From Candidatus Avispirillum sp. (GTDB lineage: Bacteria > Bacillota > Clostridia > Oscillospirales > CAG-272), in the NCBI GenBank assembly GCA_045545335.1, contig JAZQAS010000027.1, positions 1 to 50,819 on the forward strand: a stretch of DNA of 50,819 bases. Reading direction: 5' to 3'. This document shows, piece by piece, positions 44,939-50,819 of this stretch. Each line of letters opens with the position of its first letter. The first letter of the stretch is position 1. The position numbers and the translations under genes are program-made. Below the pieces are notes generated by a model that did not search any database, was not told the DNA's origin, and saw only the letters and a program-made list of their open reading frames with translations.

Positions 44939-45937
44939 ATGAAAAAGATCGTTATTGATATTTACGGAGCAGACCGCGGCGAGATGCCCGTTCTTTGCGG
45001 AAGCGCCAAGGCCATCCTTGAGGACTCCTCTCTCTACGGCGTTTTCGTCGGCGACGGGGATACGGTCACCTCTGCTATGGCCGAGCTCGGCGTTTCCGAG
45101 GACCGATACAGCATCATCCACACCACCGAGAAAATAGAGAATACCGATATCCCTATGGATATCCTTAAGGGAAAGGCAAAGGAGAACGCCTCCATGGGCC
45201 TTGCCATCGACGCCCTTCGGGATGACCCCGAGACCATCGGCCTTCTCAGCTGCGGAAGCACGGGCGCTCTTATGATCGGCTCTATTTTCCGCCTCGGCCT
45301 TATCAAGGGCCTTAAGATGCCTGCTCTCTCCTCCGCACTCCCCGCATACGACGGCGAAAAGCTGGTCTGCCTTCTTGACTGCGGCGCAAATATCGACTGC
45401 AAGGCAAAGGACCTCTTAAACTTCGCCCTTCTCGGAGAGGCATATATCAAGAGCATGTTTGATAACGACTCTCCCCGCGTTGGCCTTATGTCCGTTGGAC
45501 GCGAGGACTCAAAGGGCAACGCTCTTACAAAGGAGGCCTTCGCCCTCCTTCGGGACTCCGACCTCAACTTTATCGGAAACATTGAAGGAAACGACCTGCT
45601 CTCGGGCTATGCCGACGTTATCGTGGCAGACGGCTTTGCAGGCAACATCCTTCTCAAAAACGCAGAGGCCTGCGGCCGCTACGCTCAGGCCCTGGTTGAA
45701 GCCCTCTGCGACAAATACGGCGCCGCTCCCGAGCTGAAAAGCGCGGTCAGCGACCTGCTTGATTATCGCTTCAACTTCAACGCAAACGGCGGCGCGACCT
45801 TCCTCGGCACGAAGAAGACCGTTATCAAGATGCACGGCTCTGCAAACGATCACACCGCATACGCCTGCATAAAGCAGCTCCTCAGGCTCCACGCCCGCGA
45901 CTTCGACCGCCGCATCGCGCAGTGCCTTGAGAGGTAA
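44939..45937 (+). CDS. plsX: Phosphate acyltransferase PlsX
   Basis: MKKIVIDIYGADRG.., VADGFAGNILLKNAEA. 332 aa. Confidence 0.88.
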   Translation: MKKIVIDIYGADRGEMPVLCGSAKAILEDSSLYGVFVGDGDTVTSAMAELGVSEDRYSIIHTTEKIENTDIPMDILKGKAKENASMGLAIDALRDDPETIGLLSCGSTGALMIGSIFRLGLIKGLKMPALSSALPAYDGEKLVCLLDCGANIDCKAKDLLNFALLGEAYIKSMFDNDSPRVGLMSVGREDSKGNALTKEAFALLRDSDLNFIGNIEGNDLLSGYADVIVADGFAGNILLKNAEACGRYAQALVEALCDKYGAAPELKSAVSDLLDYRFNFNANGGATFLGTKKTVIKMHGSANDHTAYACIKQLLRLHARDFDRRIAQCLER

Positions 45938-46059
45938 AAATAGTTTTTCTCTTCTTTCCTTGGAAGGAAAGAAGCAAAGGAACTTCGCCCTATGGGTCTG
46001 CATTATATCTTAGTTTATCTGTAGCCGTAGCTTCAGCTGAATTTAAATTAACAAAGTAA

Positions 46060-46230
46060 CCAAAGGCAAAAGCCCAAAAAAGGAATAACCCTCAAAAATG
46101 AACGAGCTCATTTTTGAGGGTTATTCCTTTTTTGATGGCGCCGACGGCGCTACGGCGTTGCAACGCCGTACTTTTGCCTGCAAAATATAGCTAAACCAAT
46201 TTTTGAAAGTTTTTTGCGGAGTGCAGAGGG
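46060..46230 (-). repeat. Multi-hairpin dispersed repeat family B, copy 2 (inverted)
   Basis: A perfect 26-bp stem spans 46076-46101 / 46108-46133 around loop acgagc. A palindrome tacggcgttgcaacgccgta lies at 46151-46170. Confidence 0.85.
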
Positions 46231-46298
46231 CTTTTTTCCAAAAAAGCCCTTTGCAAAAAGCTCAAACCTTAATATAAATACCACCGGCGGCCGAATAT

Positions 46299-47339
46299 TT
46301 ATTCCTTAACTATCTCTCTGTACTTAAACTTATGCATGAACTTATGGAACACGTATTCCACGGGGATCATTGCAACGGCCACCACGTTGAAAAGGAGGAT
46401 GAGGCTGGCCCATCTCCAGGGGAACATCAAATGGAGGAGACTGCAGAGGACTCCGTAGACGCAATAGCGGCAGAGAGTGAATATGACGGTCTTAAGTCCG
46501 TCTGCATACCTGAACCTTCTGAACGCAACGAACTTATTGAGAAGCACGTTAAAGAAGGCTATCTGGATTCCCACGGAGGGGACGGAGAGGAGCACGTACT
46601 CAAAATTCAATTCAAGTGTAAGCTCCAGCATCATCAGCTCCGCAAGGAAGAAGGCCGCAAAGGTTACCCAGGCGCTTGAGAAGAGCTTTCTGTATATTCT
46701 CAGCGTATCGGGTATGGCATTGAAATGGGAGGACTTATTCCCATCGAGATAGATGGTATCTATGCTCATGGTGGTTATGGGGATGGCCTGCTTATCGGCG
46801 CAATAGAGCACGTTCATCTCATAATCGTACTTATCTCCGCCAACGTTCACCATCCAATCAACATACTCAGCCGCAAAGCCGCGAAGGCCCGACTGATTAT
46901 CATTGAGATAATGACCTGTGAGAATAGTATAAACTATTCGGGAAATTCTGTTTCCAAGCTTTGATTTTTTGGGGATATCGCCCCTCAGGTTGCGGACCGT
47001 GAGAACGAAGCGGCTGCCTGTTCTCAGCTCATCCATCACCCTTTTGATATCCTTGACGGAATGCTGTCCGTCTGCATCGGCGGTGACAAAGCGGAGGCAC
47101 TGAGGATAGTGCTCGCGAATGACCTTCATTCCCGCCTTGAGAGCCGCTCCCTTGCCTCGGTTTTCGGGCAGGGTGACAACTCCCGCAAGATGGGATACCG
47201 CCTGAAAATAACAGTCGTGGCAGGCGGGAGAGCCGTCGTTTACGACGATTATGCCGTAGCCCTCTCTGTAAAGCTCGTTTACAAGAGCGACCATTTTTTC
47301 ATCAGGCTTATACGCAGGTATCAGAACTATTTCCTCCAA
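46299..47339 (-). CDS. GT2-family glycosyltransferase fused to GtrA-like membrane domain
   Basis: TTG start after GGGAGGTGA. IPAYKPDEKMV..VVNDGS and TADADGQH. The C-terminal third has 4 TM helices. Confidence 0.75.
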   Translation of the reverse strand: MEEIVLIPAYKPDEKMVALVNELYREGYGIIVVNDGSPACHDCYFQAVSHLAGVVTLPENRGKGAALKAGMKVIREHYPQCLRFVTADADGQHSVKDIKRVMDELRTGSRFVLTVRNLRGDIPKKSKLGNRISRIVYTILTGHYLNDNQSGLRGFAAEYVDWMVNVGGDKYDYEMNVLYCADKQAIPITTMSIDTIYLDGNKSSHFNAIPDTLRIYRKLFSSAWVTFAAFFLAELMMLELTLELNFEYVLLSVPSVGIQIAFFNVLLNKFVAFRRFRYADGLKTVIFTLCRYCVYGVLCSLLHLMFPWRWASLILLFNVVAVAMIPVEYVFHKFMHKFKYREIVKE

Positions 47340-47343
47340 GGGC

Positions 47344-48255
47344 TCACCTCCCGTTCAAGCATTCCTTATAAAACCCGTTTATCTTATCCATGAGAGAAGC
47401 ATCAAGCTCCCCCGAAAAAGCGGCGCTGTGTCCGCCTTCTATCTTAAAAAACTCTACGCCGTCCCGCGCTATCTCGTCCCTATGTGCGCCGATTGAGCAG
47501 CGCTCCTCAAAAAGCACCTCATCCTCCTCAGACTCAACTATGAGAACCGGAACGCTTGATGAGTTGATGGCATCAATGCCCGTAAGGTCCACGGCCTCGC
47601 GGCCAAAGAGCATTACCTGATAGAGCCAAAGCATGGGATAATTAAAATATGCAAGAGGGCCTATCTTCTCCTCTGCAGGAGAGATGACCGCCTCCATTGC
47701 GCTGTTCACTCCGTTTACCGAGACAACCGCCGAAACGCGGTGATCCCCTGCAAGGGCGCAAAGAGCGCCGTAGCCCCCGCGGGAATGGCCGAGCAGAAGC
47801 ACGTCGGAATAATCGTATTCACTTTCAATAAAGGAAAGAGCGCAATCAAGATCAAGAGCCGCCCTTGAAAAGCCGACGGCGCTTTCCCCGTCGCTCGCTC
47901 CGGAGCCCGTCATATCAAAAATGAAAACGTCGTATCCCTCAGAAAGAAAATGATCTATCTCCTCAGAAAAAGCGCAGCCATGGCTGTTTATTCCCTGAGC
48001 AATGACTATGAGAGCCTCTCCGCCGCTCTTAAAGAGGGCGCCGGAAAGCATAACGTTATCCTCTGTAAGAAAGCTGCAGGCCTCAGCATTCTGAGACTTA
48101 TAGATACAGGTCTTGTGCACTCCCGACTCGTAGCGGGAAAACACCGAATCGTAAACAAGCTTCGTCACAAAGCCCTGTATTACAACATTTATTATAAGGA
48201 TTATAACGATAATTCGCAATACTTTTTTCACAATTTTCTTTTTTTCGACAGCCAC
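47344..48255 (-). CDS. Membrane-anchored alpha/beta hydrolase
   Basis: GTG start after AAAGGAGG. N-terminal TM helix, GHSRGG nucleophile elbow. Confidence 0.7.
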   Translation of the reverse strand: MAVEKKKIVKKVLRIIVIILIINVVIQGFVTKLVYDSVFSRYESGVHKTCIYKSQNAEACSFLTEDNVMLSGALFKSGGEALIVIAQGINSHGCAFSEEIDHFLSEGYDVFIFDMTGSGASDGESAVGFSRAALDLDCALSFIESEYDYSDVLLLGHSRGGYGALCALAGDHRVSAVVSVNGVNSAMEAVISPAEEKIGPLAYFNYPMLWLYQVMLFGREAVDLTGIDAINSSSVPVLIVESEEDEVLFEERCSIGAHRDEIARDGVEFFKIEGGHSAAFSGELDASLMDKINGFYKECLNGR

Positions 48256-48424
48256 CGTTATCCTCCTTTTTACTCTTTTCTGTTTTTAATAATACCACAT
48301 ATTATCCCCTTTGTCTACGGATATTTTTTCCATAGGCGCAGTATATGAAGGTCCTCCCTGCAACAAATATCACGCTTTTTCCATAGCTCAATTCGCAAAA
48401 ATCCAACAAAAAAGCTCCCGCCGC

Positions 48425-48466
48425 TTGACAAGCGCAATACTTCGTGATATGATGTATTACACGAAG
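48425..48466 (+). promoter_or_regulatory. padR promoter with overlapping 7-bp inverted repeat
   Basis: ttgaca (48425-48430), 17-nt spacer, tatgat (48448-48453). cttcgtg (48440-48446) and cacgaag (48460-48466) form the inverted repeat. Confidence 0.55.
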
Positions 48467-48477
48467 GGAGGTATTAT

Positions 48478-48798
48478 ATGGATATTCAGCTTAAGCGAGG
48501 GCTCCTTGACGTTTGCGTTCTTGCGGCCATTAAGGACGGCGAGTCCTACGGCTACAGAATAATAAAGGACCTGAGCCCTTATACCCGTCTTTCCGAATCC
48601 ACTTTATATACTATTCTCAAGCGACTTGAGGCGGGCAATATGCTCACCGTTCGTATGTCGGAGCACGGCGGCCGCCTTCGCAAATACTATAAGATCACCG
48701 ACGAGGGTCTGCGTCGCATCGAGGATTTCAAGGCAGACTGGGACGAGATATTATCTATATACAAATTTGTGACAAAGGAGGACTCGGGCAATGACTAA
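48478..48798 (+). CDS. PadR-family transcriptional regulator
   Basis: LKRGLLDVCVLAAIKDGESYGYRIIKDL...LSESTLYTILKRLEAGNML. Confidence 0.88.
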   Translation: MDIQLKRGLLDVCVLAAIKDGESYGYRIIKDLSPYTRLSESTLYTILKRLEAGNMLTVRMSEHGGRLRKYYKITDEGLRRIEDFKADWDEILSIYKFVTKEDSGND

Positions 48799-49384
48799 AA
48801 ACGAATTTTTGCGCGCTCTTCGCAACGAGCTTACGGGCCTTGAGCCAAACGAGATAGAGGAGCGCCTGCTTTTTTACAGCGAGATGATAGACGACAGGAT
48901 CGAGGAGGGCCTCTCCGAGAGCGATGCGGTTGCGGCCATTGCAGAAAACGCTGACGTTACTGCAAGAAATGCTGACGAGCCGCCAATTTCTGTGCCTGCG
49001 GAGGAAAAGAAAAAAGAGAAAAAGAGCCTCAGAGCCTTTGAGATAGTTCTCCTTGTGCTTGGCTCTCCCATCTGGCTTTCTCTTCTTATTGCGGCTGCCG
49101 CCATCGTTGCGGCAATATATATTTGCCTCTGGGCTGTGATCGTTTCCCTATGGGCCGTTTTCGCATCCCTTTGCGCCTCCTCTCTCGGCGGCCTCTTTGC
49201 GGGAGCTGTATTTATTTTTGAATCAAGCCCCGTTTCGGGCATAGCCGTTATCGGAGGGGCTATCGCCTTGGCAGGCATCTCCATCCTTGCATTTTTCGGA
49301 TGCAGGGCGGCAACCAAGGGCGCCATATGGCTGACGAAAAGATCGGCAAGGCTTATTAAACGTCTTTTTACTAAGCATCACTAA
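48791..49384 (+). CDS. DUF1700-like membrane protein
   Basis: MTKNEFLRALRNELTGLEPNEIEERLLFYSEMIDDRIEEG followed by a TM hairpin. Overlaps the padR stop. Confidence 0.7.
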   Translation: MTKNEFLRALRNELTGLEPNEIEERLLFYSEMIDDRIEEGLSESDAVAAIAENADVTARNADEPPISVPAEEKKKEKKSLRAFEIVLLVLGSPIWLSLLIAAAAIVAAIYICLWAVIVSLWAVFASLCASSLGGLFAGAVFIFESSPVSGIAVIGGAIALAGISILAFFGCRAATKGAIWLTKRSARLIKRLFTKHH

Positions 49385-49399
49385 ACAGGAGGGAAAATA

Positions 49400-50308
49400 A
49401 TGGAAACAAAAACTGTTGTATGGATCGTTTTGGCGGTGGCTCTCACGCTTTTGGGAACCATGATATTTGCCGCGGCTCTGGCTTCCGTTGGCTGGGACTT
49501 TTCAAAGCTCTCCACCGTGGGATACGAGACCAACGTTCACCACATTGAAAAGGAATTTGAAAGCATATCCGTAAATTGCGACACTGCCGATATCGTGCTT
49601 ATCCCCTCCGAAAATGAAAAGGCCTCCGTTGAATGCTTTGAAGAAAGCTCTGCAAAGCACTCCGTTACGGTAGAGGACGGCACCCTGAAGATAGAGCTTG
49701 TCGATACGAGAAAATGGTATCGGTATATCGGCATAAATCTGAATACCCCGAGGATCACCGTTTCTGTTCCCGTCGGCCAATACGGCGCTCTCACCGCGGC
49801 CTCCGACACGGGCGACGTTACCATACCCGAGGGCTTTACCTTTTCGGCCGTCAGCATCTCCTCATCCACGGGAGACGTTGAGATACGCGCAAGGGCTACG
49901 GGCGATATCAAAATAAAGACGAGCACGGGCGACGTGCAGCTTGAAAACACGTCTGCCGAGAGCATCGGGCTTTCCTCCTCTACGGGAGACACGACCCTCA
50001 GCCGCGTGGACTGCGAGAGCCTTACCTCCAATGCAAGCACGGGAGATATTACCCTGAAAAGCGTTAACGTGACAAAAAAGCTATACGCAAAGACCAGCAC
50101 GGGCGACGTTGAGCTCTTTTCCTCTGACGCCGCAGAGATCTATATCGAGACCGACACGGGCGACGTTACGGGCAGCCTTCTCACCGAAAAGACGTTTATA
50201 GCAGAGAGCGACACGGGAAACATTGACGTTCCCCACGGAAGCGGCGGCCCATGCGAGATCATCACCGACACGGGAGACGTTGAGCTGACCGTCTCCTCTC
50301 TTAACTGA
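49400..50308 (+). CDS. DUF4097-like beta-repeat protein (putative adhesin fold)
   Basis: N-terminal TM helix, then about 10 repeats centred on (S/T)xTGD(V/I/T)x(L/I): SDTGDVTI, SSTGDVEI, ATGDIKI, TSTGDVQL, SSTGDTTL, ASTGDITL, TSTGDVEL, TDTGDVTG, SDTGNIDV, TDTGDVEL. Confidence 0.75.
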   Translation: METKTVVWIVLAVALTLLGTMIFAAALASVGWDFSKLSTVGYETNVHHIEKEFESISVNCDTADIVLIPSENEKASVECFEESSAKHSVTVEDGTLKIELVDTRKWYRYIGINLNTPRITVSVPVGQYGALTAASDTGDVTIPEGFTFSAVSISSSTGDVEIRARATGDIKIKTSTGDVQLENTSAESIGLSSSTGDTTLSRVDCESLTSNASTGDITLKSVNVTKKLYAKTSTGDVELFSSDAAEIYIETDTGDVTGSLLTEKTFIAESDTGNIDVPHGSGGPCEIITDTGDVELTVSSLN

Positions 50309-50314
50309 GCGCAA

Positions 50315-50665
50315 ATGGCGACCATCAGCGAAGCTTTGGAAAGGCTTGAACACTCCGATTTTCGCAGAAGATTTCATCTGACAGAAAAGGATCGGGCATA
50401 TATCAAAGAAAAGGGGCTGCCGACGGTGAGGCGGCACGCCGAGGATATGGTGCTACAGCGACTTGCCCCCGCAGAGCCGAAAAACGACGGAAAGCAGACC
50501 CCAATGCGAGGCCACCCCGTATTCATCGCTCAGCACGCTTGCGCCTGCTGCTGCCGCAGCTGCCTTTACAAATGGTATAAGGTAAAGCCCGGACGGGAGC
50601 TCACCCCCTCACAGCAGAAAAAAATAGTTGATCTTCTTATGGCCTGGATAGAAAAAGAAATATAA
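50315..50665 (+). CDS. DUF4186-like protein
   Basis: 116 aa. ..FHLTEKDRAYIKEKG...GHPVFIAQHACACCCRSCLYKWY... The family name is from memory. Confidence 0.6.
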   Translation: MATISEALERLEHSDFRRRFHLTEKDRAYIKEKGLPTVRRHAEDMVLQRLAPAEPKNDGKQTPMRGHPVFIAQHACACCCRSCLYKWYKVKPGRELTPSQQKKIVDLLMAWIEKEI

Positions 50666-50683
50666 ACTCAAAAAGAGGCTGTC

Positions 50684-50819
50684 GAAAAAGGCGCAGAACA
50701 AAAGCCGCAAAACATATAACATTTAGTTTAGAGAAAAATACAGCAAAAAAGTAGAAATCCGCCGAGAAAATCGGCGGATTTCATTGTTATAAGCGGCTTT
50801 TTAGCCGCGAATTGTCCCT
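50684..50819 (-). repeat. Dispersed repeat family C, copy 2 (inverted, truncated by window end)
   Basis: The reverse complement agggacaattcgcggctaaaaagccgc..gaaatccgccgattttctcggcggatttc..atatgttttgcggcttttgttctgcgcc matches 23768-23905. Confidence 0.85.

Overview
This 50.8-kb window looks like a Clostridia-type Firmicute chromosome. The guess of Oscillospiraceae/Ruminococcus-like is inference only, based on a dockerin-bearing secreted protein, a FakA/DegV/PlsX lipid cluster, FeoAB and GC-rich third codon positions. I support about 47 CDS. I saw no rRNA, tRNA, CRISPR/cas, transposase, integrase or phage genes.

Core content:
- asnS, glyQS, rsmA, plsX, fakA(yloV) plus three DegV paralogues, feoA/feoB plus the Cys-rich Feo-associated peptide, fucI, and an acyl-ACP thioesterase.
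- Two ABC exporter half-pair genes flanking a DUF1854-like gene.
- A cell-envelope cluster: O-antigen-ligase-like protein, two DUF4330-like proteins, a WecA/TagO-type transferase and an LCP-like protein.
- A PadR/DUF1700/DUF4097/DUF4186 module.

Accessory, visibly AT-richer parts:
- (i) nt 1-4400 is an island. It holds a repeat-containing lipoprotein and a same-strand array of small membrane-protein cassettes, an RHS/YD fragment and an orphan soluble ORF. Each cassette is closed by the same ~55-nt junction element, which is 47/47 identical between two otherwise unrelated genes. This is my best candidate for an undescribed system: a cassette-exchange or immunity array.
- (ii) nt 20050-20900 is a mini-module. 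It has a divergent small-protein/ribbon-helix-helix pair with TACCAC-N-GTGGTA operators, followed by a symmetric 4+4 array of AGCTAAAT motifs.
- (iii) nt 25379-27874 is an 831-aa anchored surface protein with an internal 242-aa duplication.

At least four families of hairpin-rich dispersed repeats fill intergenic regions. One family brackets the feo operon. Two others occur as inverted pairs 11 and 27 kb apart, and one of these shows compensatory stem changes. All function calls come from motif recognition by eye; no searches were run.
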